From the NCBI GenBank assembly GCA_964036045.1, contig OZ038378.1:18104001-18168000 (forward strand): DNA of 64,000 nt. The letters are read 5' to 3'. Shown here one piece after another: positions 1 to 11,399 of the stretch. Origin of the DNA: Eutreptiella sp. 'Long Island Sound 2002' (taxonomy: Eukaryota; Protista; Euglenida). Made by a program: the position numbers and the translations under genes. Each line of letters opens with the position of its first letter. The first letter of the stretch is position 1. The notes below the pieces were generated by a model, which was given only the letters and a program-made list of their open reading frames with translations, did no database searches and was not told the DNA's origin.

Positions 1-836
1 TTGGACAGTTCGGATAGGCCAGGTCCTGACGCTTGGCGTGGACATGATGAACTTGTTGTTGAGCTTTTGTTCTGCACTTCTTCTCAGGGTCGGTTCAAAA
101 GGTCGCAAGGGACTGTCTCTGCTACCGGAAAGATGTCCTTGAATTATGCCCTAGGTCTTTTGATGTATTCCTGCAGGTTTTGTAGTTGAAAACCCCAAAC
201 CAAAGCAGCAAGTAGAGCAAGGACTGAATGTGGATCGAATCAATGATTGGTTTTGGAATCCAGTGTAACACAGAAGGGCTGCAGATAGACAAAGCAGGTT
301 TATGCACATAGATTCAATCACAAATGGATAATACAAAAGGTTTTATATGAAAATTGGTCAGACTCTAGCCTCAGAGGTAGCATTAGGCACTTCATGCGCA
401 CTCTTTTGGGTGAAATGGTGCTGGTTAGGACTGAGGGGCATAGATGTCAGGACCACACAGAAAATGACTAGGCCAAGCAACTGAATTCAGAAACAGTTAC
501 AAAGTAGGACCACAATAAGTGGTAGAAACAATTGAGTATAGGGGTCTTGGGGTGGGAGACCACTTAGGCTTAACCTCCAAGGCCAACAAACATGAAATGC
601 CTGATTTATTTTGGTATGTCCTCCATGAAGGAAGGTACCTCCGCTCAGTTGAGTGGTAGGGGTGAACTTCATGGGGGGGCTAGGGTCACAACCCTAGTTA
701 CATTGAGAAAGTGTACTTTAGGCAACAAAAGAGATAAAAAAACTTAAGTTTGTCTTAGCATCAACAAAGGGTTTTAAGGGGGGCTTAGCCTGGATCAAGC
801 CCTCCAAGAAAGACATGGCAGTGACTTTTTCTTACT
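1..836 (-). mobile_element. 5' end (LTR 445-836, leader, first gag codons) of a second copy of the Gypsy-type element; runs off the window
   Basis: 1-836 aligns with 5810-6644 at roughly 90-95% identity by eye. The match includes the gag start (ATG TCC ACG CCA AGC GTC AGG), so it is more than an LTR. It begins exactly where the RNase H frame of the central copy stops. Confidence 0.8.
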
Positions 837-2207
837 GATAGTCATGTTTCAACGAACCATCACGGTTCAGTCCAGTAGTACGATAATGGCAGTGGGTTAG
901 TTCGGCGGGGTTAAGCTCCTGCCATTGGTAGATCGTACCACCCCCCCCTACATCACTGGCATCAGTGATCAGGACTATCTCGCCCTCAGGGCGGGGCACT
1001 CCCAGGCAGTTGGAGGAGGCAATCTTCTTCTTCAACTCCTGGAAATACTCTTCCTCTCTGGAGGTCCACCTCCAGGGAGTAGTTTTCTTGATCAGGTCAG
1101 TGAGGGGTGCAGAGGAGTAAGTAAAATTGTGGATGTGACGCCGATAGAAATTACAGGCGCCCACAAAACTCCTCACATCGTGTAGACCCTTCTCAGGGTC
1201 ATCGCGAATCTGCATGTCCTGTAGGGGCTGCATCTTAGACGCTGCTGGTTTCCACCAGCCATACCCCACGTCGAAACCCAAATACTCCATCTCCTCTTTC
1301 ATAAACTCACATTTTTCGAGTTTGATTCGGAGATGGTTTTCTTGACAGACAATGAAAAATTCACGGAGGAGAAGGACGTGGTCCTCTTTGGTATTAGTAC
1401 CCAAACTCACGTCGTCGATGTGAGCCTCCATTTCTGCACCCTGAGAAATCAACTCTTGTACTAGAGGCCTGCGCCTCAGTATGTACAAAATTTTGTTCAT
1501 AAGCTCCTGGAAGAGCGCTGGGGCATTAGCCACCCCGAAAGTCATAACCTTCCACTTGAAAACACGACCCTTAGGGGTTATAAAGGCCAACAGCTCCTGA
1601 GCTGCGGCGGTTAGGTCCACCTGCCAGAAACCAGAGCGTTTGTCCATTTTGGTCTTTACCTGCATTTGGCAATACGCTCCAGGGTGTTTTCCATGTTAGG
1701 AATACTCCCTGAGTGGTTCTGGGTTTTCTTGTTGACCTCACCACAGTCTACAACAAGACGTAGGGCAGTCGACCCTGGTTTAGCAACAGGGAAACAGGGA
1801 CTGCAGTGATGGGGATAGTCCCCGTGTTTATACTCTTCAACGAGGCCAGCATCAATGCATTCTTGGATCTGGCGCTCGATTTCTTCGACCTGTTCCTGTG
1901 GAGCGGGATAGGGACGACGCCTCACTCGCGTCTTTTCAAATTCTGGTTTCAATTTCAGGTCCATCTGGACCAGTTTTTTAAAAGAAAGGGGAGGCGGCAA
2001 GGCGCCGAACACCTCCTCATAGGTTATCAACAGTTTCTTCAGGCGGGGGTCAAGGTTAAGACTCTCGACTTTCTGAAGGAAATCCTCCTCAGCATGGAGG
2101 TTGCTTTTTCCATGTTCTTTCTTTTTCTGCCGATCAGCAGTTTCGGCAGGCACAGTACCATCGTCCCACTCAGGGGGACATTGCTGCCCATAGTGTAGAG
2201 AATACAC
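837..2207 (-). pseudogene. pol: Reverse transcriptase and N-terminal half of RNase H
   Basis: RRRPYP, SPCFPVAKPG, LVVDCGEVNK, D-KRSGFWQV, MTFGVANAPALFQ, HIDD, KLEKCEF, YLGF, RSFVGACNFYRRHI, LITDAS. One -1 frameshift near 1660 (CR|YKTKMD). The frame is truncated at 837. Confidence 0.9.
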
Positions 2208-2291
2208 TAGAGGTATCTCAGGATCAGGCAGCGTATAGGACTCATCGTCCTCCTCAGACCAGATGGAGGATTTCCAGGTCTGTCTGAGGTA

Positions 2292-3632
2292 TTACAGCCG
2301 CTCTTGGCGCTCAATACCTTCGGCCTTCAGGTACAACAGCCGCCGGAGTTCTTGAGTGTCATGCTCAGACAATGGCATGTTATTAGCAGCAGGCCGCGCC
2401 AGAGCATCAGCACTCCGGGCCACGGGTTCACCTGTGTGCACAGGCTGCATGTGTAGCACTGGCTTCCCAACAGGGGAAGCGGGTTCAGAGGTTGACTCTA
2501 GATCTACCTCCTCTAGCAACAGCTGGGCTAGGAAAGCACTGTGTTTTAGGTCAACACAGCTGGGATCAACAGAGGGGATAGTGCTGGCGATCTCAGACAG
2601 TTGGTCGTCAGCATCCTCTTTTACAGCTGCAGGTTCCAGATAGTCATCAGGAGACTCACACCCTGTAAGTGTGGCAGATAGGTGCTCAGGAGATCGATTT
2701 TTGAGATCATAAAGGGTCAGGCCACGATTTTCGGCCATGACCTCTTTCAGTAGCACCTGGTCTAGGTCACACAGGGGTACAGGATTGAGAGATCCATAGA
2801 CGATGGATAGGAAACTGGCCCACTCAGGGGCCTGCATAGCTGTGTCTGAGTCCTCAGGCACATAGATGGGGCCGTCGGGGAGTTGCACTCTTCCCACGGT
2901 CATTCGATCTAGCATACGGCGCCAGTAAGCATGTTCACCAGAGCAACCCCAGTCAGGGGTGCACATAACAACCCTTCCTCCCTCATAAGCGATTTTGGTT
3001 AGAACCTTCGCGAGCAGGGAGAAGGGAGGGTTAGCATACGCCAGGCCCATTGCTTTCCAGAAGAAACGGAAAGCATTGTTCAGTTGTTTCGAGCAGTACA
3101 ACTGCATGATGTGCTGTTGTTGGCTCGCAAACAATTCCACTTGGATCTCATCCAGGTTTACCTGAAGGGCCGCCAGTCCATTTTCAAGAACGTGACGGGC
3201 CAGTTGGTAGTTTTCAGTACGATAGTTCGTCTTGGCTGCGTAGCGCAGCCCAGACTCTTTTCGTCCTGACAGCTCCAAAGGAACGGAGAATAGCCCACTG
3301 CCAAAGTCGCAGTGCAAAGAATAGGGACGCTGTAGGGACAGCATTTTTACCTGGGGGTTTCTTCTTAGAAAGTCGGTGCCAATGACGATGTCAAAGGCGT
3401 CAGTATCCAACACTCTGCAGTGTTGGGTCACGGTTTCGTCGCCCAGACATATAGTCACATCGACCCCCCCCAAGGAACGGATGGTACGCCAATCCCCTAC
3501 TCTTATGGCCACGGTCTTAGTTTTCCTGAAAGTCTTAAGCAGGCGCCGGGCCACTATGGAAAGTGTTGCACCGGTATCAAGCACCGCTCGAAAAACCTGA
3601 TCCCCGATTTTCACGAGGATCCAGAAAACCAA
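2292..3632 (-). CDS. pol: Retropepsin-type protease (VLDTGA...IVIGTDFL) fused to a Dam-like DNA N6-adenine methyltransferase domain (about 2793-3224)
   Basis: ELFAS...NAFRFFW...YANPPFSLLAKVLTKI...VVMCTPDW. NPPF is at 3021-3032. The ORF is in frame with RT across a single TAA at 2292-2294. Confidence 0.85.
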   Translation of the reverse strand: MVFWILVKIGDQVFRAVLDTGATLSIVARRLLKTFRKTKTVAIRVGDWRTIRSLGGVDVTICLGDETVTQHCRVLDTDAFDIVIGTDFLRRNPQVKMLSLQRPYSLHCDFGSGLFSVPLELSGRKESGLRYAAKTNYRTENYQLARHVLENGLAALQVNLDEIQVELFASQQQHIMQLYCSKQLNNAFRFFWKAMGLAYANPPFSLLAKVLTKIAYEGGRVVMCTPDWGCSGEHAYWRRMLDRMTVGRVQLPDGPIYVPEDSDTAMQAPEWASFLSIVYGSLNPVPLCDLDQVLLKEVMAENRGLTLYDLKNRSPEHLSATLTGCESPDDYLEPAAVKEDADDQLSEIASTIPSVDPSCVDLKHSAFLAQLLLEEVDLESTSEPASPVGKPVLHMQPVHTGEPVARSADALARPAANNMPLSEHDTQELRRLLYLKAEGIERQERL

Positions 3633-3656
3633 GTCCTCCTCTTCGGAGCCGCCCCC

Positions 3657-5854
3657 CTATTCCTCATCAGGGAACTTCACATCCACCCCTGCAGCCATGA
3701 GGGACTTGGCCGTCCAGGCCAAGCGCCTCTTCTTGGAATTATTCCCCTCAGGGGTAGCGTTATCCCCTTGGGGGCGTTTCTTAGGGTCACCTGCGGCAGG
3801 AGCGGGTGTAGGAGCAGGAGTGGGTGTAGCAACGGGCGCTGATGAGCGCCTCTGGGGGTTAGGGGGTCCAGTTTTGCCACCCCCCTTGCCACCTCCTTTA
3901 CCACCTTTATCCCCATTCGGGGGATTTCTGGCGGGCGTCTGGTTCTTCTGGCGTTCCGCCTCCTGACGCTTGAGTTTGTCACTCTCGCGTTTCTTGATGT
4001 GGCATTCGTCCTCGTAGTGACGACGTTTGCCACAGTAACCACAGGTGATGGTACACCTGAAATGGTCTTGATGGGTCACAGTTTTCCCATCTTTGGTATG
4101 CTGCTGACGTTTCATCTGCAGCATACAGCCACTGCGGAGATCGCAGTCAGAGGCATGACAAGGTCCCCCCTTGTCATTGACGGGTCTGCAGTAGAACAGG
4201 GGGGGTGTGCCTGCATCAGGTTGAACCTCGTTCATCGCACGTAGGTTGCCCCTCCCTTTACCACCTCCCTGGTTGGTGTTAGTGGGATTTTTATGCCCCT
4301 TCCCTTCGCCACGTTCGGGGGTAGGGGTACCACCTCGTCCCAAATGCTTCTTGACGAATTTCTCCATGTGGGAGTCATTCTCTCTGTCAAGAGCTAGCTC
4401 AATCAAGAGATCCACCAGTTCATCCTACGAGTGGGTCCTGCTCTTCCTCTCAGAGGTGGAGCGTCAATCATCCCACGTACGCTGGGGGATCTTACTCATG
4501 AGCCACAGGTGGGGCTCAGTGGCTCCGTAGGAGCCCACGTTCATCCTCGAAAACAAGTACTCCAAGTCGCACACATACTCAGAAATTCGCGCAGCGGATG
4601 GAAACTCAGGGAGCATAGGTAGCTCCTCGATCTGTGTGCGTACGCTGAGGTCAGTCTCATAGACTGGGAATGTTTTCTCCAACCTCAGGAGTACCTCTGC
4701 CCAGGTAGAACAGGTTTTCACAATCTGTTTCACCTGTTTTTGCAAAAACTTCTTTTTGCATGAACATTTTAGCAGTGAACATTTGGTGGCCACATCCACA
4801 TGGGATTGGCCAGTCAACAAAAGGAACTCTGCAAATTCTTCTGCCCATTGGGGCAGATTTTTGGGGTCGAACTCCGGCAGTTCCAGCTGGATGTTCGCCT
4901 GGGCAATTGGTCTGCCCGTCTTCCCACCCCCCGGAGTTGGGCCTGAAGGCGACACGCCGGCAAGAGGGGCCAGGGCTGACAGGCCTCTTCTCTCAATCTC
5001 TGTGACAGGCACGTCCTGTAGATCAGCCATAGGCACTGTCCTGGCACGGGGGTGAAAGGGGCTGGGGCAGGTGACCTTAGGCAACAGCCTTGAGACCCTT
5101 GATCTCTTGAGATCTTCGGCCAGGGTACTCAGTCCTGGAGAGAGGGAGAGGGCAACTCTGGCTTGGGTAAGGGTTCTCCAATACCCAGTTTAGCCTTAAT
5201 GGCCTCCGATAGGGCCGTCACATCTGGATCTTCTGATCCAGACAGGAGTTTGGCCAACAGCTCGGCCGTACGATCCAGGGCACCGTAGGTTGGGCTTGGA
5301 TGATGTTGTTCTTCGACTTGAGTCGGGCCCACTTCGGGAGCCCTTGGGGTTGGACAACATGGTCTTGGATACTCAGGTCTTAGTCGTCTTGGCAGGGATG
5401 CAGTGGACGGAGGACCAGAGTGCGCGTAGGACCCTAGGTCTGTACGTGGTCTGGATCCATGTACAGCCAGTGGCTCCTCTCCATCTTCCCCACAAATGGA
5501 TTTGTAGTACTCCTCATGTAGGATGTACTCATCCATCTTCTTCCTCAGCTCCTCATACTCCTCAGGTCCTTCAATGGCAGTTGAGGATGAAGCTGGACAA
5601 TGGGATCTGGATATTGAGGCAGCTACACGTCTGTGGAGGTGACTGAAGCTGTCTCCACCGTGTGCTGCTAAGGCCTCGGTGGTAAGGCCTTTATTTTCTT
5701 CCGCCCTTCTGCGTTCTGGATCTCCTTGGGACCCAGATGCGCCACTGAGATGATGTGGAGCTCGGTAAGGTAGTTCACTCATTGGGTGGGCCATGCTGCC
5801 CATTTGCACTTGGACAGTTCTGATATGCCAGCTCCTGACGCTTGGCGTGGACAT
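3657..5854 (-). pseudogene. gag: gag with C-terminal zinc knuckle
   Basis: Three ORF pieces are joined across one frameshift (about 5130) and two in-frame stops (about 4464 and 4430). CGYCGKRRHYEDEC knuckle, followed by a basic Gly/Pro-rich tail. Confidence 0.8.
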
Positions 5855-6252
5855 GATGAACTTGTTGTTTATATTTTGTGCTGCACTTCTTCTCAGGGTC
5901 GGTTCAAAAGGTCACAAGGGACTGTCTCTGCTACCGGAAAGATGTCCTTGAATTATGCCCTAGATATTTTGATGTATTCCTGCAGGTTTTGTAGTTGAAA
6001 ACCCAAACCAAAGCAGCAGGTAGAGCAAGAACAGGATGTGGATCGAATCAATGATTGGTTTTGGAATCCAGTGTAACACAGAAGGGCTGCAGATAGACAA
6101 AGCAGGTTTATAGACATAGATTCAATCACAAATGAATAATACAAAAGATTTTAAATGAAAATTGGTCTGACTCTTGCCTCAGAGGTTGCATTAGGCACTT
6201 CATGTGCACTCCTTTGGGTGAAATGGTGCTGGTTAGGAATGTGGGGCATAGA

Positions 6253-6644
6253 TGTCAGGACCACACAGAAAATGACTTGGCCAAGCAACTGAATTCAGAA
6301 ACAGTTACAAAGTAGGACCACAATAAGTGGTAGAAACAATTAAGTATAGGGGTCTTGGGGTGGGAGACCACTAGGCTTAACCTCCAAGGCCTAAAGCATG
6401 AAATGCCTGTTTTATTTCCGTATATCCTCCATGAAGGAAGGTACCTCCGCTCAGTTGAGTGGTAGGGGTGAACTTCATGGGGGGCTAGGGTCACAACCCT
6501 AGTTACTTTGAGAAAGTGTACTTTAGGCAACAAAAGAGAGATAAAAACACTTAAGTTTGTCGGAGCATCAACAAAAGGGTTTTAAGGGGGGCTTGGCCTG
6601 GATCAAGCCCTCCAAGAAAGACATGGCAGTGACTTTTTCCTACT
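6253..6644 (-). repeat. 5' LTR (392 bp) of the central copy
   Basis: Same length as its partner at 445-836. Reads AGTA(A/G)GAAAAAGTCACTGCCATGTC at the start and GGTCCTGACA at the end. The inner boundary is inferred from the TGACA end only. Confidence 0.6.
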
Positions 6645-6646
6645 AA

Positions 6647-8284
6647 GCGCTTTCTAAGGAGGCGTTCAGCCGTATGGACGTACACTTGGACCTCAACATG
6701 ACTATGATACGACCCCTAGATGGACTCCAACAAGCGGAATACCTGAAGGAGTTTGGGGATATCTATAAGCGCCTGGAGAAGCGCCTTGAACCCCTCCTGG
6801 TCAACCAAGAGCAGTGGAAGAGGGACAAGAGCTACCTCTGGCACGAGGACCGCATCGTGGTACCCAGTGACAGGGTCCCTGCGCTGCTGAAATGGACTCA
6901 TGAGTCCAGCGGTCATGTGGCTGCTGACCGTACCCTGAGGCTATTCAAGCAGTGGTTCCACTCTACGTGGACTGATGACCAACTGCGGACGACCCTCCAA
7001 CCTATCGTGGACAAGTGCCCGTGTAGGTCCTGCAAACCTGGGGATATCAGAGACAGAGGTCTCTACTCGACCCTGCCCATTCCCCACTGTGCTACCAGTG
7101 TTCTCTACGTGGACTACACGGAGATGCCGAAGTTTAAGGGCTATGACTTTGCCCTCGTGGTGACCTGTGGGTTCACCAGGTTTACCCGGGTGTTCCCATG
7201 TACCAAGCACATTACCGGAGAGGAGACTATCAAGATACTCCTGGAGGAGTGGTTTTGTGTCTATGGGGCGCCCAAAGAGATCAACTCCGATGAGGACGTA
7301 CGAGTACGCTCAGATACCGGCTGGTACAAGAGGTTCCTGAGATCCCTCAATGTCCAGGTGTCTAAGGGGATCCCCTACTCTCACACGAGCAACCCCCTAT
7401 GTGAGCGACAGATTCGTGTCCTCAAGGAGAATGTAAGGATATGGTGCAAAACTGAACGCACCAGAGACTGGGTGAGACTACTCCCCGTCATATCCTTGCT
7501 GATGAACTCCCAAGAGAGTTCGGCGACTGGCTACTCGCCCCATGAGCTATTCCTAGGACGCCCGGCGTGGTTCCTACATGCTCCCTATCCAGAGGATACC
7601 CATTCATCTGTGGGTAACTGGGTCCAGGAGCAACAAGCGAAGGTGGACAAGGCCAAGGCTATGCTCCAGAGAGTGAGGGAGCTCCAGTGAAACAAGAAGA
7701 ACAAGCACCGGGTGCCTGCTTCCTACCAAGAGGGGGACTGGGTGCTGGTGCACCACAGCCGACTACCCGCCTGGCCACGCTCTACCAACGATGACCCATA
7801 CTTCGGGCCCTACAAGATTCTAGCTGTGGATGGACACCGTATCACAGTGCGGTGTTCTCCCCGACTAGGGGGGACCCTGGTGTGCGCTGCTCAGAACCTG
7901 AAGCGCTACTATGATCCTGAAGACCTATGTGGGGAGGAGTGGGAGCTGAACGACGAGGAGATCGCCGCTCTGGACCTACAGGGGGCTGCCAGCCCTATGG
8001 AAGTTGAAGGGGACCTCCCCAACATGAACGCCGAGGAGATGGCTAAGGAAGGCTTCTACCTGGTGAAGTCTGTACTACGCGACTACTATCGCCAGGATTG
8101 GCGCTTCCTCACCCTCTGGGAAGGGTTTGGAGTCGAACAGGCCACCTGGGAGCCCTTCTCAGCGTTTGTTCTACCTGAGGGACGCCTAAACCCAGTTCTG
8201 GTAGACTACCTGTCCCAGAACAACCTTGGTGAGTTGCTGAGGCTCGCTGAGACGCTTGCCTCCAAGACTAAAGCTAGGGACTGA
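6647..8284 (+). pseudogene. pol: DDE integrase plus chromodomain of a Gypsy/chromovirus-type element, 5'-truncated
   Basis: HESSGH...CPCRSC zinc motif; YVDYTE, SDED and NPLCER (35 residues between the second D of SDED and E); GPYKIL; chromodomain YLVKSVL...FLTLWEGFGVEQATWEP. One in-frame TGA at 7688-7690. Confidence 0.9.
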
Positions 8285-8359
8285 ACCTTATCCTTACCTG
8301 CCTAAGCGTATGTGTGAGTTTGCTATTCCTGAGGTCCTGAGAGCAAGCCGCAGAAATGG

Positions 8360-8670
8360 TGTCGTAATTATACCCAAGCCTGCACGCTTGCTAAACCTGG
8401 CGGATGTCTAACCGGTGCCACGGGGTACGCCCCGGGTCTCTCCGCCCCTAAGCGCCCAGTTTCTGTGCTGGCGCAAAACCTTGGTGGAATACCTAGCATA
8501 CGAGTCCAGGTATTGTTTTTCCTACCTACCTGCCTACTACAGGGGAGGGGTGGCCAAAAGCTATGAAGGCATGAAAACGCCTGTTTGCTATGAAGGCCAA
8601 AATCTAGCCTAACCACTGCCACTGCCCACCAATCCCGCTAAAATTGCAGGAAACGCGTGGGACAGTGACA
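8360..8670 (+). repeat. Candidate 3' LTR of the integrase-bearing element
   Basis: TGTCG...TGACA termini downstream of the integrase stop. No partner LTR in the window and no similarity to the 392-bp LTRs. Confidence 0.3.
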
Positions 8671-8699
8671 CACGCACTACAGGTCCTACACACTCTACA

Positions 8700-9450
8700 G
8701 TGGCAACATCTCTGGTGGGCGAGCACTTGCTCAACTGGCTCAAGCCCCCACTCAGGACTACCACTCCTGCACGCACGCTCTACTGGGTGGCGTTGATGAA
8801 GATGTCACGAGCCCTAATGGCTCGTGAGATGGCAAGAGAACACAGAGCTACTAAGCGTCTGTGGCCTAACAGGGACGCCACAACGCGTTTCCCTGCTAGG
8901 GCTTTGAGGAAAGGAGTGCTCTTTTGGCGTGCACAGCGCATATGTCGATGGAGTCGGACTCCTTGCTCTGCCACAGGCGGAGGCGGAGTTATTTGTTTGG
9001 TGGGATCAGCGCCCTTGTTTAGCAGGGCAGAAAAAAACAAGCGCTGCTGCACCAATCACCCTGACCTTCCCACCTGTAAAACAGAGGCAAATGACTTGGG
9101 TTTGAGACTGAGGAACCAAGACTACCTCCACGTATTATACGCTTCTCATGTAGCCCTATAATACACTGTTCCCAAACCCAAGTACAAGCCAGCAAGTTTA
9201 AGGAACTCCACCCGTTCTCTCATAGAACGTGGGGTGGAGCCCCTGGGTAACCTAAACAAGGGTTATACCGTCCGCACCACACGTGGCCTACCCTTTAATG
9301 CGTCATATGCATGCACGTTCATGCACGAGTTCTGCAACAACCTGTTCCAATCTTGATTTTCCTACCAATCTACCCCACAATCACGAACTCTACCAGGGGG
9401 TGGCCCACCTGGGCTTACCTACCTTACTCACCGCTAGAAAGCGAAAGCAA
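8700..9450 (+). pseudogene. Degenerate non-LTR (LINE) reverse transcriptase fragment
   Basis: Across frames: LRTTTPARTLYWVAL (QGxPxS-like), AYVDGVGLL at 8941 (YxDD-like), DLGLRL, and ELYQGVAHLGLP (GGLG thumb-like). Confidence 0.45.
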
Positions 9451-11399
9451 GTGTCGAGGAGACGAAACACGACGCTATGCATATGTGTGTATGTCTAATC
9501 ACCCTGAACTTTCCTCTAATCATCTGCAATCTTCTAATCTATCCCTCTATTGTTTGTTAGCGCTGCTACAAGGCTCGTTCACGGAGACACGAGACAAGCA
9601 ATGTGCATGCGGCATACGAGACGAGCACACCTGTGGTTTATACCTGATTCATGGAAGTCTTTTCGTTGAATTTTGAATTCTTGGTTGGTTATTTTCTTGC
9701 TGTCAGTGTGGGTGGAATCTCGATGTTTATTTATTTATGTGTGTCTCGTCATTTTCTTCATTATACGTGACATACGTTTATAATCTTATTAATTCTTTGT
9801 TTTCCGGCGCTTCGTTAGGACCTGCTCCAGCGCGCCGTCTTTTTCTGCGTGGGAATTTCCTGATTTAAAAAAATCAGGAGATGACCGCAAAATTTATAAA
9901 AATTTGCATCTCATGCACAATGGGATTCTGGTCAGGTATGTGCTTTCAGAAAAATTCTAGGCCGTCATTTGACGGATTTAGGTGTTGTCGCTTCGTGTTT
10001 GCGTGGATTCGTCCCTCACCCTTCCATTCCTCTGTTGTATAGATATCCTCGCGAAGCGTCGCTGAGTAGGCCGCCGTTCAGGCCGAAAAGCAGCAGCAGG
10101 AGACTGAACCAGAGCCCAAGACCCCACCCAGGGGCAATTTTAATTTAATCGTCGCCCCCTCGCCCCAGTATCAGGACAGGTGTCTCCATCGGTTTCCTGG
10201 GGACTCAGATCGAGCATCCTATGAGAGTCTGGCGTTGGGTTGTGTCACGCTGCAGCTTGGAGGGAGGGATGCATATGCATATGGTCTTTGCATGCCCTAT
10301 TCTAACCCCACCAAGCCACAAGAACCCCTGCTGCGCCAAGAGCGGTGAGTTTTCTGTTGGAAATTGTCATGAACAATGCAGCAAGAGTTGCTGGCCATGG
10401 TAAAGCGCTCTTTTCCAGTGTTAGGGAAGCTATAGGTATTTTAAAGTAGGTGTGGAAACCAAGGAAAGGCCAAGAAAAAATCCCTTTTTCCTGAAAATGC
10501 GACAGTGGTGGCCACCACAGCACAAGGGGGGAGTAAGAAAAAGTGCTTTTCCAATGCTTTAGGGTATACTTTAGTTGTATTAGAGGTGCTCTAAGCACCC
10601 TTGCATTTTTATCTTAGTATTGGCCTAACCAAAATGGGTGATAACACATTTTGACCTGTAGAACCAAACACTCAATTAGGATGTAGTGTGGACCCCTTAA
10701 TCCCCAAGCAATGTGCACTAAAACATCTTTTCCTGGGTAGACTGAGGCACTGATATACTGAGGCAGAGCCTATCAATTTATCTATGTTTTCTCATGAATT
10801 CTTAGTTATCCTAGTGGTATGCACCCTAGGGGCTGGGGTACCTCTTTTTGAGAGGTCCTAGGTTCAATATCTAGTCAGCCTAGCTAAGTAGGAAGTTCCT
10901 ATGTGACATGGCAGTGACCTCAGGGCCACAAGCCATGCCACCTCAGCACCTATGGGACCCAAAAACAAAGAGTGCACATCTCAAGATGGCACTATGGAGA
11001 GTGTGAGCCCTTGGGGCAGTTTTCCAATCAGTTTTTCTCAATCATGTAAAATATTTTAACCTGAGTTGCATTGAATGTTTTTTGTTGTGGTCTATTGTTG
11101 ATATCTCTCTTCATCTAACTCTTTATGACTGCAGCCCTTCATGCTTTGATCCTGTTTATCTTCTACTTGCATACTACTCTGGTTTGGGTTGCCCTTGATT
11201 GGTTTCAAATCACCAAAACATTTTCAATATCAAAAACAAGCAGCAGGATCCCATCACCAGCAGCAAGCAGTAGGAGAAGTACATCAAAAACACAGTGGTG
11301 AAAACACTATAAAACTTTCTAGTTATATGAACCTTATGCGCTACAACTACTATTACCACACCATACGTTGACTAGATGTGCGGCTAGAATCACCATCAG

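Larger units (their letters stand above)
837..6644 (-). mobile_element. Ty3/Gypsy-type LTR retrotransposon (LTR-gag-PR-MTase-RT-partial RNase H), decayed and 3'-interrupted
   Basis: Domain motifs occur in order on the minus strand: CCHC-type knuckle, DTGA protease, NPPF methyltransferase, Gypsy-type RT, TDAS RNase H. Several stops and frameshifts. Confidence 0.9.

Noticed and set aside
832-3632. DIRS classification because of the methyltransferase
   Set aside because: An aspartic protease is present, the RT/RNase H motifs are Gypsy-like, the MT precedes RT, and no tyrosine recombinase is seen.
1-6644. One intact element bounded by a pair of LTRs
   Set aside because: The left repeat continues through the leader into gag, and RNase H is cut with no integrase or PPT before it.
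10904-10918. GACATGGCAGTGAC match to the LTR end as a solo LTR
   Set aside because: Only about 14 bp match, with no flanking similarity.
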